Of a DNA stretch of 64,000 bases, positions 1 to 10,299 are shown one piece after another (positions within the stretch are counted from its first letter, which is position 1; the number at the start of each line of letters is the position of its first letter). The notes below the pieces were generated by a model. That model made no database searches. It was not told the origin of the DNA and saw only the letters and a list, made by a program, of their open reading frames with translations. Made by a program: the position numbers and the translations under genes. This DNA is from Deltaproteobacteria bacterium (GTDB lineage: Bacteria; Desulfobacterota; Syntrophia; Syntrophales; UBA2185), in the NCBI GenBank assembly GCA_026388545.1, contig JAPLJS010000070.1:14065-78064 (forward strand), read 5' to 3'.

Positions 1-558
1 GGGGTTTTCACGGTCACGATTTTCTCCGAGGGCCAAAAGATCAGAAAAACTAAGAATCCATGGATTCTCTTTGTAGGTCCTCATCCCTGTAGGATCAATA
101 TAAATAACCCGACGAATATGAGGCAGTTTTATACGGACATCAAGTAACTTGTCTACCTGTTCCTGATCCTGAGCTACGACATAGGTCGACTTGATTCGAC
201 TGAGGGCACTACACAATTCTTCGGCAACAGAAGATGTAAATAAATTGAGGCATATCCCGCCCATCGACTGACAGCCGATTTCGCTAAAGAGCCATTCCGG
301 AACGTTGTTTGTGATGATGCCGACATTTTCCCCTCTTTTAAGTCCGATGGCATTTAAACCGAGTCCCGTTTTTTTCACATAAGCATGGTATTCCAGCCAG
401 TCATATTTTTGCCAGATTCCATAAGCCTTTTCTCGAATAGCTGTCCCTTCTGAACCAAATCTCTCCGCTTGCTTCAACAAAATCTGTGGTAAGGTGTATT
501 GTGTATAAGATGAGAGTATTTCTTCGTCACTAAGTTTATTATTAACCACCGGAAGCAC
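1..558 (-). CDS. AMP-dependent acyl-CoA synthetase/ligase (FadD-like), N-terminal part; gene runs off the window edge
   Basis: Own translation of the minus strand from GTG at 558, open to base 1: VLPVVNNKLSDEEILSSYTQYTLPQILLKQAERFGSEGTAIREKAYGIWQKYDWLEYHAYVKKTGLGLNAIGLKRGENVGIITNNVPEWLF... Absent from the ORF track because it is truncated. Ligases of this type are often embedded in Liv-type ABC operons. Confidence 0.6.
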   Translation of the reverse strand, partial: MLPVVNNKLSDEEILSSYTQYTLPQILLKQAERFGSEGTAIREKAYGIWQKYDWLEYHAYVKKTGLGLNAIGLKRGENVGIITNNVPEWLFSEIGCQSMGGICLNLFTSSVAEELCSALSRIKSTYVVAQDQEQVDKLLDVRIKLPHIRRVIYIDPTGMRTYKENPWILSFSDLLALGENRDRENP

Positions 559-569
559 CTAGCTTATTT

Positions 570-1397
570 TTAGACACTGACTGTATCGCCGAGATACGCC
601 TTTATTACCTCCGGATGGTTTCTAATTTCATCCGGGTTACCCTCAGCAAGCTTCTCTCCAAAATTAAGAACAACAATTCGCTGGGAGATGCTCATCACTA
701 TGGACATATCATGTTCTACCAGAATCATTGTCTGCCCCCATGCCTGGTTCATCTCGGTTAAAAAACGGACCATGTCTTCCTTTTCTTCGAGATTCATGCC
801 TGCAAACGGTTCATCTAAGATCAGAAGTTTTGGCTCAAGGGCAAGTGCACGACCTAGTTCAACCCTTTTCATCAAACCGTACGGCAATGATTTTACCATC
901 TTCTTTCTGATAGCTTGGATTTCAAGGAAATCAATCAGTTCTTCCAGGACACGGCGGTGATGAATTTCCTCTTTCCGTATCGACGGTGAAAAAAGACATG
1001 CCGGAATAATTCCATATTTGCAGTGATTATGGCGCGCCAGAAGCATATTGGATAAAACGGTCATGCCGGGAAAGAGCTCAATATTTTGAAAGGTTCTTCC
1101 AATACCTACCCGGACAAGATGGTGTGGGGGTAAATGTGTTATATCCTTTCCGTTAAACAGAATGCGTCCCTTTTGCGGTACATAAAAACCCGTTATACAA
1201 TTTAATAGACTCGTCTTACCGGCTCCATTCGGCCCGATAATCGCCACCAGTTCACCTGTGTGCACGGAGATATCAATATCATTCAGCGCTTTAACGCCGC
1301 CAAAACTCAAGGAAAGGTTCCTGACCTCAAGCTCGGCAACATTCTCTTCCGGATTCCTGGAAATAAATATGCTCGGCTTTCCCCGATATGCTTTCAT
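570..1397 (-). CDS. ABC transporter ATP-binding protein, LivG-like (hydrophobic/branched-chain amino acid uptake family)
   Basis: Walker A GPNGAGKTS, Walker B LLILDEP, and the LivG-type N-terminal extension and insertion. Sits 12 nt downstream of the binding-protein gene. Confidence 0.85.
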   Translation of the reverse strand: MKAYRGKPSIFISRNPEENVAELEVRNLSLSFGGVKALNDIDISVHTGELVAIIGPNGAGKTSLLNCITGFYVPQKGRILFNGKDITHLPPHHLVRVGIGRTFQNIELFPGMTVLSNMLLARHNHCKYGIIPACLFSPSIRKEEIHHRRVLEELIDFLEIQAIRKKMVKSLPYGLMKRVELGRALALEPKLLILDEPFAGMNLEEKEDMVRFLTEMNQAWGQTMILVEHDMSIVMSISQRIVVLNFGEKLAEGNPDEIRNHPEVIKAYLGDTVSV

Positions 1398-1409
1398 AAT
1401 CTAACTTTA

Positions 1410-2615
1410 TTACTTCAATAATTTAATCTTTTCCTCTAAGGGATTATAAAAGTTTGTCAGAGGTGTGAAAGAACCGTCTTCTCCGACTTTCACAATTCTG
1501 GCCTTAAATGAGGCACTATGATCGCTTGTTGTATAGGTAATATTTGGAACGATACCACCGAAGTCTTCGTTATTGAAGGATTCCATGGCCTTGTTAATTG
1601 TTTCTTTGTTAATTTCCTTATAGTTTTGTTGTGCCTGAACAAATGCTCTTTCCATAATCATAGCAACTACAACACCCTCCCAGTATGAGGCATCAAACTT
1701 GTCAACAGTTTTATAGCGCTGCCATAGTTCTTCCATGATCTTGATGCCTGAGCTTTTATCTGCTGGTAAACCGCCAGGAAATTGGATGCGCAGCCGATCT
1801 CTGATCAACCCTTTGCCAAGTTTAAAAAAATCAGGATCAGTTGATGTCCATGTTCCAAAAAATGCGGGGCTATAATTAATACGGTCTGCACTCTTGAAAG
1901 CCGTTATAATCGCGGCAGGAAGCATCTGCATGACTATATATTCCGCACCGCTTTTTTGTAAACGAAGTAATTCCGTTGTCAAATCAACAGTCTTCGGTGG
2001 AAACTCTTCTATCGCCACGATATTGATATTAATTTTTTTTGCGTATTCTTTGCAAGGCTGGTGTATAGAACGGCCATATGCATTGTTATAGGTCAAAAGG
2101 CCTACTTTTGGTACATCTTTTCCCTTGTGGATTGTACGTATGTATTCGAGAATCGCATAACTGTCCATTCGATAGCTTCCAAAGGGCAGATACATGTAAC
2201 TTACGGGTGGTTCAAGGATCTCCCAGCTTGTGGAGTAATTAATAGTAGGTATCTTGTATTGCTGAACAATCGGCTTTGCTGCCAATCCTTCACCAGCCCC
2301 CCAGGTCGCAATCATATCAACTTGATCCTGGATGGCAAATTTTCTTACCGCAGCCTCAGCCTCCTGGACCTTGTATCCGGTATCAACGAGAATCATTTCA
2401 ATCTTTTTTCCTCCGACGCCCCCTTTAACCTCGTTTACGTAACGAAAATAATCCTGCTGACCCTTGGCATGAAACTGCCCCCAGGTTGAAGCTGGACCGG
2501 TCAAATTTATGGCCGCACCAACTTTGATTGTCTTTGGTTTTACATCTGAAGTACTACAAGAACATAGTAACCCCACCAGAACCGCAAAAGTAATTCTTTG
2601 ACAATATTTGTTCAT
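1410..2615 (-). CDS. ABC transporter substrate-binding lipoprotein, LivK/type-1 periplasmic binding protein family
   Basis: Signal peptide with lipobox (LLCSCS). About 400 aa, a size typical of Leu/Ile/Val-binding protein family members. RBS GGGAGG lies upstream of the ATG. Confidence 0.8.
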   Translation of the reverse strand: MNKYCQRITFAVLVGLLCSCSTSDVKPKTIKVGAAINLTGPASTWGQFHAKGQQDYFRYVNEVKGGVGGKKIEMILVDTGYKVQEAEAAVRKFAIQDQVDMIATWGAGEGLAAKPIVQQYKIPTINYSTSWEILEPPVSYMYLPFGSYRMDSYAILEYIRTIHKGKDVPKVGLLTYNNAYGRSIHQPCKEYAKKININIVAIEEFPPKTVDLTTELLRLQKSGAEYIVMQMLPAAIITAFKSADRINYSPAFFGTWTSTDPDFFKLGKGLIRDRLRIQFPGGLPADKSSGIKIMEELWQRYKTVDKFDASYWEGVVVAMIMERAFVQAQQNYKEINKETINKAMESFNNEDFGGIVPNITYTTSDHSASFKARIVKVGEDGSFTPLTNFYNPLEEKIKLLK

Positions 2616-2629
2616 TTCTTCCTCCCACA

Positions 2630-2663
2630 GAAAATAAAAAAGGCCCTGGAAAATCCACGGCCT
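2630..2663 (-). terminator. Intrinsic terminator T2 in the leader of the Liv-type operon
   Basis: Minus strand reads AGGCCGTGGA-TTT-TCCAGGGCCT (10-bp stem, 1 mismatch) followed by TTTTTTTATTTT. The RBS and ATG of the binding-protein gene follow directly. Confidence 0.6.
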
Positions 2664-2664
2664 C

Positions 2665-2705
2665 TGATAAAATAAACCGTGGACAGATCATCGGTCTGCC
2701 CACGG
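2665..2705 (-). terminator. Intrinsic terminator T1 (attenuator) in the leader of the Liv-type operon
   Basis: Minus strand reads CCGTGGGCAGA-CCGATGA-TCTGTCCACGG (11-bp stem, 1 mismatch) followed by TTTATTTTAT. Its 5' arm is complementary to GGTCTGCC inside the leader ORF. Confidence 0.6.
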
Positions 2706-2724
2706 CTCTATTAACTGTTTCTGG

Positions 2725-2808
2725 TCATGAGCGCGGCAGGCAGACCCCACTAAAAAAGCTAAAATAAGCAAATAATCTTTCTACCTGATTGCATATCATG
2801 ACTGTCAT
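2725..2808 (-). CDS. Candidate Phe-rich leader peptide (27 aa) MTVMICNQVERLFAYFSFFSGVCLPRS
   Basis: Own translation. Four TTT Phe codons and one Tyr codon within 7 residues (FAYFSFF). Weak SD (GGGATAGAG). The stop lies 20 nt upstream of terminator T1. Confidence 0.45.
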   Translation of the reverse strand: MTVMICNQVERLFAYFSFFSGVCLPRS

Positions 2809-2842
2809 TTTTCTCTATCCCTACGCACTTCCTGTGCGTTGT

Positions 2843-2871
2843 CATATAAATCCAAACCTCAATTATGTCAA
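2843..2871 (-). promoter_or_regulatory. Sigma-70-type promoter for the leader and Liv-type operon
   Basis: Minus strand reads TTGACA-N17-TATATG. It lies just downstream of the response-regulator stop codon. Confidence 0.45.
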
Positions 2872-2890
2872 GAAATATTCTTTTTGAATT

Positions 2891-4270
2891 TCAGTTTATG
2901 CCAAGTTTTTCAATCCGGTAACGCAATGAATCAAAGCTAACCCGAAGAATCTCAGCAGCCTTCGTCTTAGATCCATTAGCGTTTCTTAAAGCCTCTTCTA
3001 TTAGATGCTTTTCATACTTTGCGACTTCTTCATTCAAGTTCACACCTTCTTGAGGAATTGACCATACAGGTATGTCAACATCCGCAAACGTACTTACCTC
3101 TTTGAGATTCCCTGACATATAAAGGTTCTCTGGCAGGATAATATTCGATGTCTCAAGGGCAATACTACGTTCAATGATATTTTCTAGTTCTCTGACATTT
3201 CCGGGAAATGGATACTTCATGAGAAGCTCCATTGCATAGGAAGAGATTGTTTTAATCTCTTTTCCAAATTCCCTTGAACACTTTTCAATAAAATGCTTTG
3301 TTAAGATGGGTATGTCCTCTTTTCTTTCTCTCAAGGGTGGAATGTGAATCGGTATGACATTGAGGCGAAAATATAAGTCCTCCCTGAAGGAACCATCTTT
3401 GACTTTTTCTTCCAGATTCTTGTTGGTGGCAGAGATGATTCTGACATCGACTTTTTTTTCTTCTGCCCCACCTACCCTTCTGAATGTCTTTTCCTGAACA
3501 ACTCTAAGAAGTTTTACTTGAAGTAGTGGAGGTAAGTCTCCAATCTCATCCAGAAATATAGTCCCTCCACGTGCAATCTCAAAAAGACCGGGTTTATCGC
3601 TATAGGCGCCTGTAAATGCACCTTTCACATAACCAAATAATTCACTTTCAAGGAGACTTTCCGGGACACCCCCACAGTTAATTACTTCAAACGGCATGTT
3701 TTTTCTTTGGCTATTTTCATGAATGGCTTTTGCAACAAGTTCCTTGCCTGTTCCACTCTCACCGAGGATGAGAACGTTAGTCGGTGTTTCAGCCACTTTT
3801 TTAATAATCGAATATAATTTAAGCATTCCTTTGCTTTTTCCGATCATATTTCCATAGGAAACAGCATACTCTACTTCTTTGATAAATAACGCATCACTTT
3901 CCCTGACACCTTTTTTATCAAGGGCATTACTTATGATTGATTTTAGTTCTTCTATATCAACGCCCTTCTCGATATAGTCGTATGCCCCTTCTTTCATAGC
4001 AGACACCGCCGTTTCAGGAGACGCATAGGCAGTAATTAATATTACCATTGTTTCCGGACAGACATCCTTGACTGATTTCAGAAACTCAATGCCATCAACT
4101 TTAGGCATCTTCAAATCGGTAAGTATGAGATCAAAGTGCTCTTTTTTACAGCGGCTCAGAGCTTTCGTTGCGTCATTTGCAACGGTCACATCATACCCCT
4201 CTTTCGTCAGCATGATTTCAAGAAATTCTCTTATCCCTTGATCATCATCCACTACGAGAATCTTAGCCAT
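2891..4270 (-). CDS. Sigma-54-dependent response regulator (NtrC/AtoC family)
   Basis: Receiver domain (VVDDD...DLKMP), AAA+ sigma-54 activator domain (GESGTGKE, ESELFGY) and a C-terminal Fis-type HTH. Confidence 0.9.
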   Translation of the reverse strand: MAKILVVDDDQGIREFLEIMLTKEGYDVTVANDATKALSRCKKEHFDLILTDLKMPKVDGIEFLKSVKDVCPETMVILITAYASPETAVSAMKEGAYDYIEKGVDIEELKSIISNALDKKGVRESDALFIKEVEYAVSYGNMIGKSKGMLKLYSIIKKVAETPTNVLILGESGTGKELVAKAIHENSQRKNMPFEVINCGGVPESLLESELFGYVKGAFTGAYSDKPGLFEIARGGTIFLDEIGDLPPLLQVKLLRVVQEKTFRRVGGAEEKKVDVRIISATNKNLEEKVKDGSFREDLYFRLNVIPIHIPPLRERKEDIPILTKHFIEKCSREFGKEIKTISSYAMELLMKYPFPGNVRELENIIERSIALETSNIILPENLYMSGNLKEVSTFADVDIPVWSIPQEGVNLNEEVAKYEKHLIEEALRNANGSKTKAAEILRVSFDSLRYRIEKLGIN

Positions 4271-4320
4271 TGTTATTTCCCTTCTTTAAAAACTGATCAA
4301 ATCAATATACCAACATCGTC

Positions 4321-5994
4321 TTAGTTTAAGGGTAATGTTAATGAGAAGGTTGTTCCTCTTTCGATATTGCTTTCAATTTTGGTAGTTCCGGCGTATCCTT
4401 CAACAAGTTTGTTCACGATTGCAAGACCGAGACCTGTTCCTCTCTCTTTTGTTGTAAAGAACGGTTCAAATATTTTGTTCAGATACTTTTCATCTATCCC
4501 GTACCCAGTGTCGCTTATTCGTATCTCAAGATGTTCATTTGAACCATCGTAAGATAAGATTTTTTTCGTTTCAATAGATAGAATTCCCCCTTCCGGCATA
4601 GCCTGAACAGAATTAAGTATCAGATTCCAAACAATTGCTCGGATTTCTGCCCTATTTGCATAAACAGTCAGATTATCGGATAGCGAAAGAGACACTGTAA
4701 TGTTATCATTCCAGTCAGGAACATAATGAACGGATTCAACAACGTCTTCAATAATTTCTCTGATTATAATGGTTTGCTGATTTCCCTGTATTGGTCTTGC
4801 GAGCAGCAGAAAATCCTTTATAATATTTTCGAGCTGATCCTTACCCCTGAGAATTATCTGCATCAGTCTCTCGTCTATGGCACTAAGACTAATATCCTGC
4901 CTGAGGACTTGAATTGATCCGCTGATGGATGCAAGAGGATTTCTCATTTCATGTGCAAGACCCGCTGCCATTTCTCCGATAATGGCGAGTCTTTTGTTTT
5001 TTTCGAGGGCTTCTTCCATTTTCATTATGGATGTAAGGTCCTGAAAAATTAAAATGTTACCGATCCGTTTATCTTTATTATCCTTGAGAAGTGATACTGA
5101 ACAACCAAGTATCAGATTTTTATTTCCTTTGCTTGTGAACTCCAAATTATATCTGTTTTTTATTAAACTTTTATAATCTTCTTGTGAAGTTTTTTCCTTT
5201 ATATGTACAAAGTCGGGAAATATTTCAACAACATTTCTATTTTCTACCTCAGCAAAGGTCAATCCCGAAATCTCTTCCGCAGCCCTGTTAAAAGATTTAA
5301 TCTTACCCTGGAGATTGATTGTCATAATACCCGTATCAACTGATTCAATAATACTCCTGTGGAGCAAATCAAGTTGATCAAAGGCGGTTTCTTTCTCGGC
5401 AAGAAGTATTCTTGCTTTCCTCTCTTTTTCAACTACAAAGCTGGCAAGCAAGGCAATTATATAAAAAGAGAGAATATGGATGAAAATCCGCGTAAAGACA
5501 TACCCAGCACCAGAATCATAATCATGAACGGCTATAGCGTATATTGGATGGATAATGTTATAGTATTCCAAATCAATCAATAAACCATAGAAAATGCTGG
5601 AAGCAGAGGCAATGATTAGTCCCCCTCCTTTTTCTAAAAACAAAACCGAGTATATAATAACCAATGGATAAAAAACCGAATATATACTTCTGATACCACC
5701 TGTGACGTATACAAGGGCGGTTATTAAGACCACATCACAGAGTGTCTGGATGTATATGTTCAGTTTAGTATTTTTTATGAACTTCAGAAGAAGTAGATAA
5801 ACGAGTGAAAGGAAGTAGGTAAGTGCAAAAATGATATAAAAAAATGTAATTGATATTTCTGGAAGTATTTCTGTTCTTTGAATATTTAAAACCGTTGTAA
5901 TACCAAAAAGAAAGGTAACGATTGCAACCCTCGATAAAATTAATGTATTAATTCTCCTATCAACACCTTCTTCCTGCAACAATTGATTACTCAT
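4321..5994 (-). CDS. Membrane sensor histidine kinase (multi-TM N-terminus, PAS, HisKA, HATPase)
   Basis: About 6 predicted TM helices, then a PAS-like region, the H-box HEMRNPL and G-boxes (DTGYGI, GTGLGL). Immediately upstream of the NtrC-type regulator. Confidence 0.85.
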   Translation of the reverse strand: MSNQLLQEEGVDRRINTLILSRVAIVTFLFGITTVLNIQRTEILPEISITFFYIIFALTYFLSLVYLLLLKFIKNTKLNIYIQTLCDVVLITALVYVTGGIRSIYSVFYPLVIIYSVLFLEKGGGLIIASASSIFYGLLIDLEYYNIIHPIYAIAVHDYDSGAGYVFTRIFIHILSFYIIALLASFVVEKERKARILLAEKETAFDQLDLLHRSIIESVDTGIMTINLQGKIKSFNRAAEEISGLTFAEVENRNVVEIFPDFVHIKEKTSQEDYKSLIKNRYNLEFTSKGNKNLILGCSVSLLKDNKDKRIGNILIFQDLTSIMKMEEALEKNKRLAIIGEMAAGLAHEMRNPLASISGSIQVLRQDISLSAIDERLMQIILRGKDQLENIIKDFLLLARPIQGNQQTIIIREIIEDVVESVHYVPDWNDNITVSLSLSDNLTVYANRAEIRAIVWNLILNSVQAMPEGGILSIETKKILSYDGSNEHLEIRISDTGYGIDEKYLNKIFEPFFTTKERGTGLGLAIVNKLVEGYAGTTKIESNIERGTTFSLTLPLN

Positions 5995-6360
5995 TGTATC
6001 TCAATGCCTGCTTGGTTCTTCATTTTAAAAAAACGTTTTCGATATGCAAAATAAAGAGTATGAACACCCTGTTTACTATATATATCATGTCTGGTATGGT
6101 ATAGCATTATGAAAAATTAATCTAACAAATATAATATGTTCATAGACATTACAAATATTTTGAGACATAGTAATAGTGACAGTTTGACAAATATTTATTT
6201 ACTTGGAATGAAAATTTTATTTCCTTTTATAATTGAATCGGCAGCGACCGCTAAACCCCAAAGCGTGCGTCCGGGTTAACGGACAAATGCGATTAATAAT
6301 TTCCATAAGGATCGAAAATTTCCCCCAGCAGTCTGCGGGGAGCTTCAATGAACACATGCC

Positions 6361-8856
6361 ATGGAGCGACCATTAATTCCTCTTCTTGTTGCCTTTATTG
6401 TGGGCATTGCTATTGGTAATTTTTATCGAGTTGCCGACCTGCCGTTACTTACATCTCTCCTCGTTGCCTTAATACTCCTCCTTTTAGCATCATTAAAAAA
6501 ATCTGAAAAAATGATGGTGATACTTCTTATTGTATCTTCTTCATTCCTTGGCATTCTTAACATTAATATTTATCTCTATCAGGATCACGGATCAAATCAC
6601 ATTTCTCATTATATCAGTAAAGAGAGGGTAACTGTTGAAGGGGTGATTTGTGAAAATCCTCAGATATCGCCTGATCGTACAGAATTAACTGTTACAACAG
6701 GCAGGATCATTAAGGATGATGCTGATATAAGGGTTATGGGTCTTGTACTGCTCTCAGTCGAAACCAAGCAGGAATTTAAATATGGGGATTTTGTGCGATT
6801 TAAGACCAGGCTTAAAGCACCGCACAGCTTCCGGAATCCCGGCGGCTTTGATTATGAAAAGCATCTCAGATACAAAGGAATCATGGTACGCGGGTTTATT
6901 AAAGATTCCTCCGGAATTGTCATTTTGAGAGAAAATCAGGGGAATATTTTCAAAACACATCTCGAACGATTAAGGGAGAAGATAAAAAATTTCATTATGG
7001 AAAATTCCCCGTCACCGGAAAGAGAAATTATTCAGGCCATGATCCTGGGAGATCAAAAGGAAATCCCCAAAGATGTAATGGAAAATTTTAACAAAACCGG
7101 CACAACGCATATTATCGCAATTTCCGGATTTAACATAGGTATCATTGCTTTCCTGTCATTTTTTGCCATAAGATTAATCATGAAATCCTCCACGTATCTT
7201 CTTTTGAGGTTCAATATCATCAAAGTCTCCACTGTTTTTGGAATTATACCAGTGATCATTTATACCTTCATTGCCGGTCTGGGTATTTCCGTGGTTCGTG
7301 CCTCTATCATGGCGGTAACCTTCATGATAGCGATTATTATGGATAAGGGGAGAGACCTCTACAACAGTCTGGCTCTGGCAGCATTGATTATACTCGTTAT
7401 CTCTCCCTATTCACTCTTTGATATTTCTTTTCAGCTTTCATTTATGGCAGTATGGGCAATCCTTTTCATCACACCGAGACTGCGCATGATGCTCCCCGAA
7501 GGCGTTACCGAAGCAATACCAAACAACACAGTATGGGTGAAAATATTTTATAAAAATATCCTTATTTTCATTATCGTGTCATTGAGTGCAACTCTTGGGA
7601 CCTTGCCGCTAATTGTTTTTTATTTTAACAGAGTATCAACCATAGTCCTCCTGTCAAATTTAATCGTTGTCCCCATAATGGGCATTATGGCCATTCCTGT
7701 ATGTATGGCTATTATCGTTGCCGCTCCGTTATCACATACACTGGCTTTAATCTTTTTAAACATTTCAACTTTTCTCGTCCGGATTTCAATTTCACTGGTT
7801 GATTTCTTTGCCTCACTTCCTGGTTCATCTTATTTTGTGAGTACGCCTACATTATTAGAAATTGCTGCCTACTATTTTTTTCTTATAGCCGCTATTAAGC
7901 TTATTGATTTCCGGAAAAAGAAAAAAAACGACGATTCTGAGAGCAAAAGTACTTTCGGTCCTCAATGGTACCGAATTACACTCGCAACTCTAACAGTTTT
8001 TTTCATAATTGATGCAATATATTTATATGCAAGCGTTAACAACAATGAAAAGCTGAACGTTACCTTCATCGATGTCGGACAGGGAAGCTCCACACTGGTT
8101 ACATTGCCGGGGGGTAAAAAGATACTTATCGATGGCGGTGGGACATATGAAAATGTTTTTGATATCGGGAAGTATGTTATCGCCCCGTTTCTCTGGCATG
8201 AAAGGATAAAATGTATCGATATCGTCGTGCTTACCCATCCCCATCCCGATCATCTCAATGGGTTGATCTATATTCTGTCACATTTCGATGTTAAAGAGGT
8301 CTGGACAAACGGCGAGGATTCAGAAACCGAGACTTATAAAGATTTCGTGAAGATGATCAATGAAAAGAATATAGCCCACAGGCTGGTATCGGAAAAGTCC
8401 GGCGAAATAAAAATCAATAATACTACGATCAACATATTAAATCCCCCGAATCCGGTTGATTTAAAGAAGGACCTCCTTCCCCGGAAGTTCGACAGAACAA
8501 ATAATGATGCCATTGTCATGAATTTAACAATCGAGAATGTGAGTATCCTCTTGCCGGGAGACATATCGGAACCATCGGAGACCCGGCTTATCAAATCAGG
8601 TAAAAATATCAAAAGTCATATCATGCTTGTCCCCCATCATGGTGGATTCACTTCCAGCACAATACCTTTCCTTAATAGAGTACAACCATCAATTGCCGTG
8701 ATCAGCTGCGGCAGAGACAACGTCTATAATGATCCTCACCCTGATGTTCTTAAAAGGTACTTAATGCTCGGAACAAAGATATTGAGAACTGATATAAACG
8801 GCGCCATCAACATAACAACAGATGGTAAAAAAATAGCGTATAATGTCTTCAGATAA
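6361..8856 (+). CDS. comEC: DNA internalization competence protein ComEC/Rec2
   Basis: 831 aa. Has the polytopic competence domain and a C-terminal metallo-beta-lactamase motif (THPHPDH). Confidence 0.9.
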   Translation: MERPLIPLLVAFIVGIAIGNFYRVADLPLLTSLLVALILLLLASLKKSEKMMVILLIVSSSFLGILNINIYLYQDHGSNHISHYISKERVTVEGVICENPQISPDRTELTVTTGRIIKDDADIRVMGLVLLSVETKQEFKYGDFVRFKTRLKAPHSFRNPGGFDYEKHLRYKGIMVRGFIKDSSGIVILRENQGNIFKTHLERLREKIKNFIMENSPSPEREIIQAMILGDQKEIPKDVMENFNKTGTTHIIAISGFNIGIIAFLSFFAIRLIMKSSTYLLLRFNIIKVSTVFGIIPVIIYTFIAGLGISVVRASIMAVTFMIAIIMDKGRDLYNSLALAALIILVISPYSLFDISFQLSFMAVWAILFITPRLRMMLPEGVTEAIPNNTVWVKIFYKNILIFIIVSLSATLGTLPLIVFYFNRVSTIVLLSNLIVVPIMGIMAIPVCMAIIVAAPLSHTLALIFLNISTFLVRISISLVDFFASLPGSSYFVSTPTLLEIAAYYFFLIAAIKLIDFRKKKKNDDSESKSTFGPQWYRITLATLTVFFIIDAIYLYASVNNNEKLNVTFIDVGQGSSTLVTLPGGKKILIDGGGTYENVFDIGKYVIAPFLWHERIKCIDIVVLTHPHPDHLNGLIYILSHFDVKEVWTNGEDSETETYKDFVKMINEKNIAHRLVSEKSGEIKINNTTINILNPPNPVDLKKDLLPRKFDRTNNDAIVMNLTIENVSILLPGDISEPSETRLIKSGKNIKSHIMLVPHHGGFTSSTIPFLNRVQPSIAVISCGRDNVYNDPHPDVLKRYLMLGTKILRTDINGAINITTDGKKIAYNVFR

Positions 8857-9033
8857 GAACTTCTTGAATAGATTTACCCCTGTCAACATAAATAGAAAAA
8901 CAATATTTTCTTGCACTTCAATGCTTTATGTGTTATCGCTCTCCCCCTTATTAAATAACAAAAACTGCTGCAAGGGAAAAAATCAACAGGCACAATCGCT
9001 GTGACGAGCAATTTAAATTAGTGGCGAATACTT

Positions 9034-10299
9034 ATGAAAATTATCACCGCAATCAGGGGATTTAAAGATATACTCCCTAAAGAAACGGGAAAGTGGCAAT
9101 ACATCGAGGAATTAGCGCGAGAAATATTCTCTAATTTCGGTTTTCGTGAAATAAGGGTGCCAATCCTCGAAAAAACCGATCTCTTTAGAAGAAGTATCGG
9201 AGAATCCACTGATATCGTTGAAAAGGAGATGTATACGTTTCCTGATCGTGGCGACGAATATCTGACTCTCCGTCCTGAGGCAACCGCTTCTGTTATACGT
9301 GCATATCTGGAACATGCCATGTATGCTACTGATCCAGTGGCAAAACTTTTCACAATCGGTCCTATGTTCAGACGTGAAAGACCGCAAAAAGGCAGATACA
9401 GGCAGTTTCACCAGATTAATGTCGAACTCATCGGCATCGACGATCCTCGTGCAGACGCCGAAGTAATTCTCATGCTCATCCAATTTCTGAAGCGCATGCA
9501 GCTTTCTCATCTAAAGCTACAAATTAATTCTCTCGGATGTACTGAATGCCGCCCTTCGTTTAAAAAATCATTAACCGTTTTTTTACAGGGAAAAGAAGAG
9601 GGTCTTTGCGAAGATTGCCGGCGTCGCGTCAGTACAAATCCTCTGAGGGTTTTTGATTGCAAAATGATACATTGCGGCGAGATAATTGAGAGAGCGCCAA
9701 GGCTGCTTACCTTTCTATGTCCTGAATGCGAGGATCATTTCGCAAAGGTAAAGGAATCCCTGGATACTTTCGCTATATCCTATGAAATAAATACCAAGAT
9801 GGTTCGTGGCCTGGATTACTACACAAAAACAACCTTTGAAGTAGTGATGGAACATCTTGGAGCCCAGAATGCCGTCGTCGGCGGCGGTCGATACGACGGC
9901 CTTGTAAAAGATCTTGGCGGACCGGATCTCCCTGGAATAGGATTTGCGATTGGATGTGAACGGCTGATTTCAATTTCACCTATTAAGGATGAGGATTTTT
10001 TGGTACCCCCCCACATCTTCATCGCTGCCCTCGGTAATAAGGCACAAAAATTAGCCTTTGCGATATGCAACCGACTCCGTATAAACGGATTTCAAGCGGA
10101 AATGGATTATTCGGGGAAAAGCCTTAAAAGTCAGATGAACAGAGCGGACAAACTCAAATGTCACTATACGCTTATCTTAGGCGAAAAGGAAATTATAGAA
10201 AATAAGGCTGAATTGAGGGATATGAAAAAAGGAACACAAGAAAACGTGGGCCTTGATTGTCTGGAAGAAACAATTATAAAAAAAGCAAATGGGAGTTAA
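9034..10299 (+). CDS. hisS: Histidine--tRNA ligase
   Basis: Class II aaRS motifs ([29 protein letters not shown]); 421 aa. Confidence 0.95.
   Translation: MKIITAIRGFKDILPKETGKWQYIEELAREIFSNFGFREIRVPILEKTDLFRRSIGESTDIVEKEMYTFPDRGDEYLTLRPEATASVIRAYLEHAMYATDPVAKLFTIGPMFRRERPQKGRYRQFHQINVELIGIDDPRADAEVILMLIQFLKRMQLSHLKLQINSLGCTECRPSFKKSLTVFLQGKEEGLCEDCRRRVSTNPLRVFDCKMIHCGEIIERAPRLLTFLCPECEDHFAKVKESLDTFAISYEINTKMVRGLDYYTKTTFEVVMEHLGAQNAVVGGGRYDGLVKDLGGPDLPGIGFAIGCERLISISPIKDEDFLVPPHIFIAALGNKAQKLAFAICNRLRINGFQAEMDYSGKSLKSQMNRADKLKCHYTLILGEKEIIENKAELRDMKKGTQENVGLDCLEETIIKKANGS

Noticed and set aside
2616-2890. Sigma-54 (TGGCAC-N5-TTGC) promoter upstream of the Liv-type operon, which the adjacent NtrC-type regulator suggested
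   Set aside because: Reading both strands of the intergenic region found no GG-N10-GC element with correct spacing. A sigma-70-type promoter plus attenuator fits instead.
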